Source of the DNA: Pseudomonadales bacterium
GTDB lineage: Bacteria; Pseudomonadota; Gammaproteobacteria; Pseudomonadales; JANQJO01
Direction of reading: 5' to 3'
DNA: 62,525 nt
NCBI GenBank assembly: GCA_028281605.1
Contig: JANQJO010000085.1
Span: 1-62,525 of the forward strand
The position numbers and the translations under genes are program-made. The notes beneath the pieces were generated by a model, which had not been told where the DNA came from, did no database searches, and saw only the letters and a list, made by a program, of their open reading frames with translations. This document shows, one piece after another, positions 9,045 to 18,873 of the stretch. Numbering within the stretch: position 1 is the stretch's first letter; the number at the start of each line of letters is the position of its first letter.

Positions 9045-9090
9045 CAACCTAGGTTTCGTTATATTAAATAACATCAAGTAAAATACCCAA

Positions 9091-9130
9091 TAAAAAAAGA
9101 GGTTATGCAGTTAAAACTGCATAACCTCTT
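9091..9130 (-). terminator. Rho-independent terminator for the minus-strand SDR gene, between convergent genes
   Basis: 15-bp stem aagaggttatgcagt / actgcataacctctt with a 4-nt loop. It is followed on the minus strand by a T-run (A-run 9092-9098 on plus) and lies 6 nt past the stop at 9137. Confidence 0.8.
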
Positions 9131-9136
9131 AGGGCG

Positions 9137-10042
9137 TCAGAAGGCTAGTGATGATGCGTTAAAAGCAGGGTTGCTTTGCTCTGTTTCTTGAGAAGATGGG
9201 AGGCTAGGATCCAAAAATTCTCTGTTTAGGTAACGTAAACTGCTCGTCCAGAGTTTATCACATAACAACTCGTTTTTTGATAGCTGTTTGGTCCATGTAG
9301 GCTTCGAGTTTCGAATTAAACAACCTTTAAATGGTGTAATTTGTCTGGCATGCGTAATATGCGCAATTGATTTGACCAGTTTTTTAGTATTTGTCAAGTG
9401 GCTTTTGGCATAATGGCTGCATAGCTGAAAAACGTTGTGTATCTGGCTGCTATTGAGCGTGTCTAGTGCAAAAGTGCTCACTGAGCTGCCAGATAACTTT
9501 TGATTGAGAATCCGACTGAGCATTAAAGCAGATAGCTTTGATTCTGAGTAATGGTGGTAGATGTCAAATGCTTGGTTTTGTCTTTTGATAAAAGGAGGCT
9601 CCGTACAATAGTAGATATCAGCTGCAAAAAGAAAAATTTTACTGGGCTGGTTTTGCTTTAGGGTGCTCATAAGGTCTAAAGTAATTGCCATCGGTGCCAA
9701 AAAGTTGTGCCCAAAGTGTGCTTCAAATCCATCCTGTGTGTATTTCTGGCTAAAATAAAGTCTATCTGTATTGTGTATCAGGGTGTCAAGCGTCATAAAC
9801 TCGGATTTTAAGTGTTCAGTAGCTTTTTTGATGCTAGCTAAGGAGTTGATATCAATCAGACAAGTATGTACTTGGCTGTTACCTGTATGATCGATAATAT
9901 TTTGTTTTGCAAGGGATAGTTTTCGAAGGTCGGGCCCGCCTAGAATGACAGTAGCGCCTACTTGTGCAAAATGAGTGGCTATGGCACGTCCAGAATGTGC
10001 AGAACCTTCAGTGATGAATACGGTGTTGTTTTGTGTTTGCAC
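9137..10042 (-). CDS. Short-chain dehydrogenase/reductase-like protein (atypical Gly motif; GTG start)
   Basis: VFITEGSAHSGRAIATHFAQVGATVILGG (degenerate TGxxxGxG) and YSESK (YxxxK). Confidence 0.65.
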   Translation of the reverse strand: MQTQNNTVFITEGSAHSGRAIATHFAQVGATVILGGPDLRKLSLAKQNIIDHTGNSQVHTCLIDINSLASIKKATEHLKSEFMTLDTLIHNTDRLYFSQKYTQDGFEAHFGHNFLAPMAITLDLMSTLKQNQPSKIFLFAADIYYCTEPPFIKRQNQAFDIYHHYSESKLSALMLSRILNQKLSGSSVSTFALDTLNSSQIHNVFQLCSHYAKSHLTNTKKLVKSIAHITHARQITPFKGCLIRNSKPTWTKQLSKNELLCDKLWTSSLRYLNREFLDPSLPSSQETEQSNPAFNASSLAF

Positions 10043-10263
10043 GTGAATACCTCTGTCTGTACTTTGGTTTTTAGGCGATATTTAAGCTGTTAGTCACTTC
10101 AAGTTGACAGGTTTTTATTACCTTGTCATTTTCAGTCTAGGCAAGTGAGACGGGTGTTTCGCAGATTTAGGTTCTTTTCATGTTACTATTGACTGGGAAT
10201 TTGTTAAATTAGGTTAACGTACTCAGGTTTTTCCTCTTATTTTTGTGTTTTAGAGAAGGTTTC

Positions 10264-11040
10264 ATGCTTGTATTATTATCTCCCGCAAAGAAATTAGACT
10301 ACGAACAGTCTACTTCTGTAACAACGTTTACACAGCCAGAATTTTTGGAAGAGGCGAAAGTGCTGGTAAAACTGATGCAGTCTTATAACCCACAAGCGTT
10401 AGCAAAATTGATGGGGCTCAGTGATCAACTGGCCGCTCTCAATGTTGCACGTTTTGGTCAGTGGAAAACGCCTTTTACTTTAAAAAACGCTAAACAAGCC
10501 ATTTTTGCGTTTAAAGGAGATGTGTATGTGGGGTTGGATGCAAATAGTCTAAAGCTTAAAGATTTCAATTATGCACAAAAATACTTGAGAATTTTATCTG
10601 GGCTTTATGGTTGTTTGCGTCCCATGGATTTAATGCAGGCGTATCGGCTAGAAATGGGTACGCGAGTCGCCAATTCGGCAGGGGAGGATTTGTATGCCTT
10701 TTGGCAAGGTAAAATTACCGCAGCAATTAACGAGGCTGTGGCACAAAACAAGTCTAAATATGTTGTTAACTTGGCTTCGCAAGAATATTTCAAAGCCGTA
10801 CAAGCTCAGGCACTTTTAGTACCGGTGATTACGCCTGTTTTTAAAGATGAGAAAAAAGGTCAGTTTAAAATTATTAGTTTTTTTGCGAAAAAAGCACGGG
10901 GTTTAATGGCACGTTTCATTATGCAAAACCGAATCAAGCAATTGGAGTCTTTAAAAGATTTTACTGAAGGTGGGTATTGGTATGATGACAGCCAATCTAA
11001 TGATCAGCAATGGGTGTTTTGTCGAGAAGAAAGGGGGTAG
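10264..11040 (+). CDS. yaaA: Peroxide stress protein YaaA (UPF0246/DUF328)
   Basis: MLVLLSPAKKLDYE..., AIFAFKGDVY, YLRILSGLYGCLRPMDLMQAYRLEM. The track ORF opens at an upstream TTG (10243); the ATG at 10264 matches the family N-terminus. Confidence 0.9.
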   Translation: MLVLLSPAKKLDYEQSTSVTTFTQPEFLEEAKVLVKLMQSYNPQALAKLMGLSDQLAALNVARFGQWKTPFTLKNAKQAIFAFKGDVYVGLDANSLKLKDFNYAQKYLRILSGLYGCLRPMDLMQAYRLEMGTRVANSAGEDLYAFWQGKITAAINEAVAQNKSKYVVNLASQEYFKAVQAQALLVPVITPVFKDEKKGQFKIISFFAKKARGLMARFIMQNRIKQLESLKDFTEGGYWYDDSQSNDQQWVFCREERG

Positions 11041-11293
11041 AGGTTTGGACACGATTCAAATCAGAATGTTTTACAACGATTCAGAATTCAAACATTAATT
11101 AATCAAAAAAATGTTTAAATTCAAAGAGTTAAAGGGTTTTACTCAAATATGTAACCTTGATTTGAGTTAATACAATTGGCTACCCAACGGTTTTTCGTAA
11201 TAAGGTCATAGCCTGTTGTAGTTGCGTCACGAAACATAAAATACTACATACACAGATGAACACACAAAACAATGAAGCTAGGAACTACAATCA

Positions 11294-11689
11294 ATGGAAC
11301 AAGAGATCCGCTGGACACAAAGATTCAATCAATTCCAAAAAGCATTTTCACTTTTAAAGCAAGCTATCCTCATTGAGCAACCCACAGTCACTGAAAGAGC
11401 GGGCCTCATTCAGTTTTTTGAAATGACATTTGAGTTAGGCTGGAAACTGCTAAAGGACTATTTAATAGAAGAAGGCTTTGATGTCAACAGCCCTCGATCA
11501 GCCATCAAACAAGCCTTCCAATCCAGGTTAATAGACAATGGGCATGATTGGATGCTAGCACTAGAAGATCGTAACTTAACAACACATACTTACAATGAAC
11601 AAACAGCGGTAGAAGTCGAGCAAAAAATACGTCAACACTACTATCCATTGCTGGTTGATTTAGAAAAATTTTTCAAAGAACGGTCATAA
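11294..11689 (+). CDS. HEPN-domain protein, HI0074-type nucleotidyltransferase substrate-binding subunit (HepT-like toxin)
   Basis: IRWTQRFNQFQKAF..., FEL.WK.LKDYL, and an Rx4H HEPN motif (DRNLTTHTYN). Confidence 0.85.
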   Translation: MEQEIRWTQRFNQFQKAFSLLKQAILIEQPTVTERAGLIQFFEMTFELGWKLLKDYLIEEGFDVNSPRSAIKQAFQSRLIDNGHDWMLALEDRNLTTHTYNEQTAVEVEQKIRQHYYPLLVDLEKFFKERS

Positions 11690-11709
11690 ACGATGCAATT
11701 TTCACCACC

Positions 11710-11748
11710 CTTAGGGCTTGTGAAACTTATTTCTTCACAAGCCCTAAG
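11710..11748 (+). other. Perfect 15-bp-stem hairpin between the HEPN and MNT cistrons
   Basis: cttagggcttgtgaa-acttatttc-ttcacaagccctaag. It is preceded by a fragment resembling family A (cgatgcaattttcaccaccc). Confidence 0.85.
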
Positions 11749-11765
11749 CCTAGAGGAAAGATTTA

Positions 11766-12104
11766 ATGCCGATATATACCCTTAAAAATACTGGTTTGCA
11801 ATCGATTGACTTCACCTATTTAACCCAAGCTTTTAATGCTTTTCCAGAGATTGAACAAGTCATTTTATTTGGTTCGCGTGCTAAAGGTACTTTCCATAAA
11901 GGTTCTGATGTCGACTTAGCCATAAAAGGTGAAGCGATTACACATAACATCCTTATTCAACTTTCTGAAGTATTGAACGAAGAAAAACCAATGCCTTATT
12001 TTTTTGATGTCATTCATTATCAAAAGGTTGACAACGATCAACTGATAGAACATATTGACCGAGTAGGCAAAGTGTTATTTGTAAAAACCTCTTTTTTGCG
12101 TTAG
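11766..12104 (+). CDS. Minimal nucleotidyltransferase (MNT/MntA-like antitoxin)
   Basis: LFGSRAKGTFHKGSDVDLAI (GSx10-ish DxD polymerase-beta-type NTase motif). Confidence 0.85.
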   Translation: MPIYTLKNTGLQSIDFTYLTQAFNAFPEIEQVILFGSRAKGTFHKGSDVDLAIKGEAITHNILIQLSEVLNEEKPMPYFFDVIHYQKVDNDQLIEHIDRVGKVLFVKTSFLR

Positions 12105-12312
12105 CGTGTCAGCCAGGGAGTTTAATGGAGCATGTTATCATTTGTCTATAAATACCTGCGGGGTTTGGGGGCAGCGAGCCCCAACAAACTATTCTGAATG
12201 CCCACAACAATTTTAAATGCAAAAAATTTGCATCTTTTTACATGATTGGGTATTCTGAAAATCTGCATTTACACAATTTAAATTACATACTCAATTTGTC
12301 TCAGGCCCAAAT

Positions 12313-13701
12313 TCACCAACCGTGTAACGAATCTTCGCAACTCAAAACGAACCGCTTATTTTCCCGACTCCTAAACGACAGATAAACCAAATAAGCAAGC
12401 ACCACATAAAAAGCAAAGTGCATCATATTCTCAGTTAAACTTGCAAACAAAAACCCAAGCAAATAAGAAATCAAAACATAACTCCTACCAATGATTTTTC
12501 TCTGCTGTTTATAAGTTACCAGTACCCAAAAAAGCATAAAAACAAACCAAGCAAGCAAGCCAAGAACACCTGCTGTCAACAGCATTCCCACATAAGTATT
12601 ATCAATAATAATTGCATGGTACTCACCATAATTTCCATTTTGGACAATACCCAAGCCAAAAATAAACTTCCAGGGAGAAACCAACAAATCTGACAACAAG
12701 CCATTCCAATTTTCCAACCTAATAAGTAAATTGGTCGGATTTATCATAGCCGCAACAAAACCGTCTTCACTATAGGAAAAAAAATCCAAAAAATAACCTA
12801 AGCAAAGAGCAAACAAGCACAACCCAAAAAGCATTAAAATACGAGAACTTGCCTTGCGAGAAGAGATGAATTCAAAAAATACCATTGCAAAAAAAGACAC
12901 TCCTAACAAAATATAAGCTGTACGAGAACCAGTCATCACAACCCCGACAGCAAATAAAACCACCAACAACAAACCTGCGAACTGCTTTTTATCATGCAGC
13001 CATTTCTCAATAGCCATCAAAGTAAACAATGAGCCACACATACCAGCCTCCAATGGAGATCGATAAATACCTTGCGCCCTATAAACCCCACCAATTTGAT
13101 CAAACTTAATAAATTGCCCTTCAAATGCAACATTTTTTATTTCTTCTGACTCCCACATTATTAAAGGTCCACCCATAATAACTTGGAAAATCTGTAAAAT
13201 ACTAGAAGCTGCAGCTATGCCCGCAAACACAGCCCAAACTTTACGAGACCCCCACCACCCTTGTTTTCCAAAAGCTCTCATTCTATGCATGTAAATTAAG
13301 GCAAAAGGGACAATAAAGATAAATAGTGAGTAATTATACATAAATGCCCCAATAGCATTGGACAAACCCACATAAACAGATGAAAAATAACAAATGATCA
13401 TCAAACAATAAAATAAAATACTGCAAAAAAAGATAATTAAAAATAATATCTCATTACTTTCACATCCCTTTTCATCACCCCTCAGCACTGGCTTACACGA
13501 AACAGCAAAAAAATAAGCAACAATCCAAGCAAACATTAGTACAGCCAATATTTGTTTCACTTGGGCAGGAGAAATTAACACCTGTGATAAAATTTCAATT
13601 TGAAGCCATACCAACGTACCACTACCCAAAACAGATAAAATTGAAAATAAAACAATCAAGTCACTAGATTTGTTAAAAAAAAATGGGGTGGCTATCTTCA
13701 T
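12313..13701 (-). CDS. O-antigen ligase (Wzy_C) family polytopic membrane protein
   Basis: About 10-12 hydrophobic segments plus the GSRTAYILLG motif typical of the O-antigen ligase/polymerase domain. Confidence 0.7.
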   Translation of the reverse strand: MKIATPFFFNKSSDLIVLFSILSVLGSGTLVWLQIEILSQVLISPAQVKQILAVLMFAWIVAYFFAVSCKPVLRGDEKGCESNEILFLIIFFCSILFYCLMIICYFSSVYVGLSNAIGAFMYNYSLFIFIVPFALIYMHRMRAFGKQGWWGSRKVWAVFAGIAAASSILQIFQVIMGGPLIMWESEEIKNVAFEGQFIKFDQIGGVYRAQGIYRSPLEAGMCGSLFTLMAIEKWLHDKKQFAGLLLVVLFAVGVVMTGSRTAYILLGVSFFAMVFFEFISSRKASSRILMLFGLCLFALCLGYFLDFFSYSEDGFVAAMINPTNLLIRLENWNGLLSDLLVSPWKFIFGLGIVQNGNYGEYHAIIIDNTYVGMLLTAGVLGLLAWFVFMLFWVLVTYKQQRKIIGRSYVLISYLLGFLFASLTENMMHFAFYVVLAYLVYLSFRSRENKRFVLSCEDSLHGW

Positions 13702-14534
13702 AAACTCTCCTCATTCTCCTTAACCTCCTCCCACCATCGCTCCATCACCATAGAAGAAACCTCATCCAGCACCACCCCTGCTTCACGTGCTTTATCTTCA
13801 AGATAACGAAACCGCTGCTCAAACTTACCATTCCCTGCCCGCAACACAGCCTCAGCATCAAGCTTCAAGTGCCGAGCAACACTCACCGCCGCTAACAACA
13901 CATCCCCTAACTCAGCCGCCGCAGCCGCTTCATCTTCCATCGCCAAAGCCTCTTTCAATTCGGCTATCTCTTCTTCTAACTTCTCAATCACCCCGTTCAC
14001 ATCAGGCCAATCAAACCCAATACTGGCTGCACGCTTTTGCAACTTAACCGCACGACTGAGCGCTGGCAACGCCAACGGTACATCATCCATAATCCCTTTC
14101 TTGCCTTTTGCCTCACGCTCTTGTGATTTCAGCGCTTCCCAATTCGCTTTAATAGCTTCTGTATCACGCACCTCTCCTTCAGCAAATTCAGCAAAACGAC
14201 TTGCCAAATTACCCTCAGGAAAAACATGAGGATGACGGCGAATGAGCTTATTCACTAAATCAGAAATAACCGTATTAAAACAAAAATACCCATCTTCCTG
14301 ACCAAGCTGACAGTAAAAAATCACCTGAAACAGCAAATCTCCCAACTCCTCTCGAAGATGTTCATAATCTGCCTTTTCAATAGCATCCACAACCTCGTAG
14401 GCTTCTTCCAAAGTAGAAGGGGTAATCGAACAATAATCCTGCCGCAAATCCCATGGGCAACCCGTTTTAGGTTCACGCAAGCGCGACATCAGATACAATA
14501 AATCTTCTAATGAATATTTTTTTGAAAAAGACAC
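13698..14534 (-). CDS. mazG: Nucleoside triphosphate pyrophosphohydrolase MazG (GTG start)
   Basis: LLYLMSRLREPKTGCPWDLRQDY.S..P.TLEEAYEV.DAIE, EELGDLLFQV, RRHPHVF, and a tandem MazG-domain architecture. There is a 4-nt overlap with the downstream gene. Confidence 0.9.
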   Translation of the reverse strand: MSFSKKYSLEDLLYLMSRLREPKTGCPWDLRQDYCSITPSTLEEAYEVVDAIEKADYEHLREELGDLLFQVIFYCQLGQEDGYFCFNTVISDLVNKLIRRHPHVFPEGNLASRFAEFAEGEVRDTEAIKANWEALKSQEREAKGKKGIMDDVPLALPALSRAVKLQKRAASIGFDWPDVNGVIEKLEEEIAELKEALAMEDEAAAAAELGDVLLAAVSVARHLKLDAEAVLRAGNGKFEQRFRYLEDKAREAGVVLDEVSSMVMERWWEEVKENEESL

Positions 14535-14577
14535 AGTCTATTTATGAGCGATTCGCACACACACCTCAACTACCCTC

Positions 14578-15522
14578 TCAACGCAACCATGCTTCTAATG
14601 ATTCAGCAGTCAGTAAACTTTTTGCTAAACGGTGAATATTCTCCTCTGATACAGACTTTATAACAGTCAAGGCCCAATCCGGCAAAGTACCAAATTTAGT
14701 CGATGCTAGCTCAATCAATAAGTTAACCTGACCTTCCTCTCTACCTTCCTCTCTACCTTCTTCTCTACCTTCTTCTTTACCTTCTTCTTTGCCTTTTTCA
14801 CGACCCTTTTCCATAGCACCGCGTATGTTAGTGTTGTAATCCAGCATGGATCTACGACGCACTTCATACCACTCACGCTGCTTAGGATCTCGACTCATGT
14901 TAGTTAACATATCACACGCCTCCCGTATCGCCTCACTGCCACAACTACATAATAGCTTTTTTAAATCTTCATCCGTTTTTACATTAAAAAACTGCACCCA
15001 ATGCTCCAAACGGCTAGAGACACCATGCCCCTCAAACTTCGGAAACTCAATAAATATCATCCTCAATAAATCACACAACCGTTCGTGATCTTGACATTCC
15101 CTGACTTCATAGAGACTGCAAGGCCTCTGACGATCAAATAGCTTATAATTCAACAAACTGATTGATAAAGTCGGCTTGATCTTAAGATAATCCTCACCTT
15201 GATTGAGCTGTTCGTCAAACAAACGACTCCAATAAAACAATGACCTCTTTTCCCAATTGTGCTGATCAATAAGCTGGATTTCAAGGTTAATAGGCTCAGC
15301 TTGGCCTGATTCGGCCCTAATGTCCAAAACAGAGCCCTTTTGCCCTAGATACCTTGGGTCCAGCGCCGGGTTTAAAACAGTGACGGTCTCTAAAGCTGGC
15401 TCATTGAAAACTTCTAAAATGGCATTAATCAAGTCTAGTAGCACCAATGGATGTCGACTAGAACCAAAAACTCTTTTAAAAACAAAATCATTTTTCGGGT
15501 CGAACAAAGTATACTGCATCAT
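14578..15522 (-). CDS. Rpn-family recombination-promoting nuclease / putative transposase (PD-(D/E)XK, TIGR01784-like)
   Basis: N-terminal DPKNDFVFKRVFG, LDIRAE....INLEIQ core, and a C-terminal helical tail with EEG(R/K) repeats. Confidence 0.75.
   Translation of the reverse strand: MMQYTLFDPKNDFVFKRVFGSSRHPLVLLDLINAILEVFNEPALETVTVLNPALDPRYLGQKGSVLDIRAESGQAEPINLEIQLIDQHNWEKRSLFYWSRLFDEQLNQGEDYLKIKPTLSISLLNYKLFDRQRPCSLYEVRECQDHERLCDLLRMIFIEFPKFEGHGVSSRLEHWVQFFNVKTDEDLKKLLCSCGSEAIREACDMLTNMSRDPKQREWYEVRRRSMLDYNTNIRGAMEKGREKGKEEGKEEGREEGREEGREEGQVNLLIELASTKFGTLPDWALTVIKSVSEENIHRLAKSLLTAESLEAWLR
14731..14802 (-). repeat. 12-nt tandem repeat (5 good units plus 1 degenerate) encoding (EEGR/EEGK)n inside the Rpn-family gene
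   Basis: accttcctctct accttcctctct accttcttctct accttcttcttt accttcttcttt gcctttttcacg. Confidence 0.9.
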
Positions 15523-15540
15523 TTAAGAGCTCTACAGTTA

Positions 15541-15606
15541 TATTTACCGTGAAAATACCTTTTTCATCACTTGGGGTGACGAAAAAGGCATCGCTCATGG
15601 CTGTTT
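15541..15606 (-). repeat. Family-A REP-like element, 19 bp upstream of the Rpn-family start and co-directional with it
   Basis: The reverse complement reads aacagccatgagcgatgcctttttcgtcaccccaagtgatgaaaaaggtattttcacggtaaata. The stem sequence differs from other copies but stays complementary. Confidence 0.9.
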
Positions 15607-15805
15607 TCTATTGATATTACATCGCATAGTACTGTCATACCAACCAAAAAAAATCGATGATTGCTTTATCAGCTTCGCGATCAGTTTCATACAAGTATTG
15701 GCATCAAACAAAACCTCTTATAAAATCCACCCATAGAAAGTAGATACCAAACATACATGGTGTTTAAAAGCTTAAAATATCTACAACAAATAGGAAAACT
15801 CGCCA

Positions 15806-16870
15806 ATGTCACTTGCTGCCTCCAGAAATAACTGGGCTATAGACGAAATAACAGCCCTTTTTTCTCAACCTTTTATGGAGCTGGTACACCAAGCTCGCAG
15901 CATCCACTGTGAGTGCTTTGATCCCAATGAAATCCAAATCAGTACCCTTTTGAGCATTAAGACCGGCGCTTGTCCCGAAGATTGTCAATACTGCTCACAA
16001 AGCGGCCACTATCATACCGATGTCCAAACCGAAAAGCTTTTGTCTCTTGATGAAGTCCGTACCCAAGCCGCCGAGGCGCTCAACAGTGGCGCCACTCGTT
16101 TTTGTATGGGCGCTGCCTGGCGCTCTCCTCCCAAAAGCGCCATGCCTGCCCTGATCGATATGATAAAGACAGTAAAGGGCATGGGCTTGGAAACCTGCAT
16201 GACCCTCGGCATGCTCAATGAAGAGCAAACACAAGCCCTTAAAAATGCAGGCCTGGATTATTACAATCATAATCTCGACACATCACCCGAATATTACCCA
16301 CAAGTCATCACCACACGCACTTACCAAGACCGGCTCGACACTCTCACTCGTGTTCGCACAGCAGGTATTAAAGTCTGTTGCGGCGGTATCTTAGGGCTGG
16401 GCGAAACCCGCCAAGATCGAGCCAAGCTCTTGCAACAACTGGCCAACATGCCAGAGCACCCTGAAAGCGTCCCCATCAATCTCCTAGTCTCCATTGAAGG
16501 CACACCTTTGGAGTCCACTGAAACGCTCGATTCATTTGAGTTCGTTCGCACCATTGCTGCGGCTCGTATTCTCATGCCGCACTCTAGAGTTCGTCTATCG
16601 GCAGGGCGTGATAATATGTCTGAAGAACTGCAAGCCTTGTGCTTTCTAGCAGGTGCCAATTCCATCTTTTATGGAGAAAAACTACTTACAGCCACCAATC
16701 CACAAGCAGAAGCAGATCGTACTTTATTTCAAAAACTTGGAATAAAAGCAGAAGCAGCCCACTCTTTAACTGGTACCAAATTAACTGGTACCAAAGCTGA
16801 CACTGGATTTACGAGCAACAAGAACAAACACACCAATGCGAACAACATCCCTTGCCATACCTTAACTTAA
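15806..16870 (+). CDS. bioB: Biotin synthase BioB, with a ~35-aa C-terminal extension
   Basis: Radical-SAM motif [23 protein letters not shown], and the perfect 15-nt tandem duplication ttaactggtaccaaa x2 (16766-16795) in the tail. Confidence 0.95.
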   Translation: MSLAASRNNWAIDEITALFSQPFMELVHQARSIHCECFDPNEIQISTLLSIKTGACPEDCQYCSQSGHYHTDVQTEKLLSLDEVRTQAAEALNSGATRFCMGAAWRSPPKSAMPALIDMIKTVKGMGLETCMTLGMLNEEQTQALKNAGLDYYNHNLDTSPEYYPQVITTRTYQDRLDTLTRVRTAGIKVCCGGILGLGETRQDRAKLLQQLANMPEHPESVPINLLVSIEGTPLESTETLDSFEFVRTIAAARILMPHSRVRLSAGRDNMSEELQALCFLAGANSIFYGEKLLTATNPQAEADRTLFQKLGIKAEAAHSLTGTKLTGTKADTGFTSNKNKHTNANNIPCHTLT

Positions 16871-16880
16871 GCGGCTGCTA

Positions 16881-18074
16881 ATGATGAGCCACTTATCTAA
16901 GTTTATTAAAGAGCGCCTCAATCTACTCAATGCAAGCTCCAAAGCACGCAGCAGAGCGCTCTTAGAAACACAGAGCACGCGCTATGTCACCAAACAAGGA
17001 CGCCGTTTACTCAATTTTTGCAGCAACGACTACTTAGGCTTAGCCTGGCACCCTCATGCCATCTCTGCTCTGGCTGAAGGCGCTAAGCTTTATGGTGTTG
17101 GTGGCACTGCTTCACAATTAGTCTCAGGTCACAAACCCATCCATCATTTATTAGAAGAAAACTTGGCAGAGTTTACCGAACGTGAAGCTGCATTGGTGTT
17201 TCCCTCTGGCTACATGGCCAACTTAGGTGTTTTGTCAGCACTTCTACGCCGTCAGGATACCTTAATTGCAGACCGTTTAAATCACGCATCTTTACACGAT
17301 GCTGGCTTGCTCGCTCGTAGCAAAATGTTGCGCTACCGTCACGCCGATACACAGCACTGTGCAACACTCCTATCCGAAACACAGAATGAACATGCCCACA
17401 CCATCATTGCAACGGATGGACTGTTTAGTATGGATGGAGATTTAGCACCTTTATCTAGTCTCATACAAATCAACCAGCAACGTGCTTGGCTACTGGTAGA
17501 CGATGCTCATGGTCTTGGCGTAATCGGTGCAGCCGGTAAAGGCAGTGTCGCAGGCTATCACTTCACACAAACCCAAGTCCCGATTCTGATTGGCACCTTT
17601 GGTAAAGCCTTAGGAGGTGCTGGCGCTTTTGTTGCAGGCAGTCGAGACTTGATCGATTATCTTATTCAAATCTGTCGCCCCTATATTTACACTACAGCTC
17701 TACCTGGCGCTATGGCTTATACCGTTCATCAAAACCTGAAACTTTTACAAACTCAAAGTTCACACCGAGAAAAACTGATCGGGCTGATCAAACTATTTCG
17801 CACTTTAGCAACCGAAGCACAATTGCCCTTACTAACCTCTCACACCCCCATTCAACCTTTGATGCTGTACTCAGACGCAAACGCTTTGCAAGCCCAAGCT
17901 CAATTAGAAAAATCAGGATTTTGGATTAAAGCCATTCGCGCGCCCTCGGTCCCAGCCAATACAGCGCGTCTACGCATCACGCTTACAGCGGCTCACGAAC
18001 CCGAGGACATTACACGTTTACTTGAGGCTTTAGCCAATATTTGCTGTCAAAACACCAGCCTAGAACCTTGTTAA
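16881..18074 (+). CDS. bioF: 8-amino-7-oxononanoate synthase BioF
   Basis: SNDYLGL, DDAHGLGV, and GTFGKALG (PLP-binding Lys), at the bioB-bioF-bioH-bioC-bioD position. Confidence 0.9.
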   Translation: MMSHLSKFIKERLNLLNASSKARSRALLETQSTRYVTKQGRRLLNFCSNDYLGLAWHPHAISALAEGAKLYGVGGTASQLVSGHKPIHHLLEENLAEFTEREAALVFPSGYMANLGVLSALLRRQDTLIADRLNHASLHDAGLLARSKMLRYRHADTQHCATLLSETQNEHAHTIIATDGLFSMDGDLAPLSSLIQINQQRAWLLVDDAHGLGVIGAAGKGSVAGYHFTQTQVPILIGTFGKALGGAGAFVAGSRDLIDYLIQICRPYIYTTALPGAMAYTVHQNLKLLQTQSSHREKLIGLIKLFRTLATEAQLPLLTSHTPIQPLMLYSDANALQAQAQLEKSGFWIKAIRAPSVPANTARLRITLTAAHEPEDITRLLEALANICCQNTSLEPC

Positions 18075-18075
18075 T

Positions 18076-18864
18076 ATGCTATCCGGCTTACTCACTGAAC
18101 ATACTGAGCATAAAGCATCAAACAAGCCCCCACTCGTGTGGCTGACAGGCTGGGGTATTGCTGAGACCTTTCTCAAAGCACTTATTCCAACCTACTACCC
18201 CAGGTATCACCACCACTTTTTAATGTATCCCCACCTAGGCACAATCCACAATACTGATACCGCACATCAGCAGTTACAAACCAGCGTGGAACAACTCATG
18301 AAACAAGCTCCCCCTAAAGCACTCTGGGCAGGCTGGTCACTAGGTGGCTTGTATGCTTTGATGGCCACCAAGCTGTATCCAAAGCGAGTCCTTGGGGTGC
18401 TGTGCTTTGCCAGTTCTCCTTGCTTTGTTAAACACTCACACTGGTCCTTTGGCCTAGAGACCACTGCCATGAAAGCTTTACACGACAAACTATTAGTCGA
18501 TACCCACAAAGCTTGGCATGAGTTCATCAAACTAATGACTTTAGGGCACTCAAAACAACGTCCATTAATTCGTCTATTAGAACAATATCCACGCTACCAA
18601 GAAGCGGCTTTCGAACGAGAGTTAAACTTATTACGTTATGCAGATCTTAGGCCTTTACTTAAAGATCTAAAAACCCCTACCGAGTATATCTTAGGAGAGC
18701 AAGATGCATTATTGCCTCATACACAAGCAGAACTATTGCCAACACTGGGTGAGCATGTGAAAATACAAACGGTTCGATCGATAGGACATCTTCCGTTTTT
18801 GCAACAACCTACGCCCTTATCAAGCTGGATGCCGAAGGGCATAGATAAGCTTTCAAACGTGTGA
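18076..18864 (+). CDS. bioH: Pimeloyl-[ACP] methyl ester carboxylesterase BioH
   Basis: Alpha/beta-hydrolase nucleophile elbow GWSLGG, C-terminal His (SIGHLPFL), and operon context. Confidence 0.8.
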   Translation: MLSGLLTEHTEHKASNKPPLVWLTGWGIAETFLKALIPTYYPRYHHHFLMYPHLGTIHNTDTAHQQLQTSVEQLMKQAPPKALWAGWSLGGLYALMATKLYPKRVLGVLCFASSPCFVKHSHWSFGLETTAMKALHDKLLVDTHKAWHEFIKLMTLGHSKQRPLIRLLEQYPRYQEAAFERELNLLRYADLRPLLKDLKTPTEYILGEQDALLPHTQAELLPTLGEHVKIQTVRSIGHLPFLQQPTPLSSWMPKGIDKLSNV

Positions 18865-18873
18865 TAAGCAAAA

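Noticed and set aside
15700-15805. Search for a BirA operator (bioO) upstream of bioB
   Set aside because: Only a weak 7-bp inverted repeat (gtagata ... tatctac) was found. Nothing resembles the TTGTAAACC-type operator.
15995-16665. Minus-strand ORFs inside bioB (15995-16270, 16012-16218, 16321-16665)
   Set aside because: They are antisense to a gene with unambiguous radical-SAM motifs.
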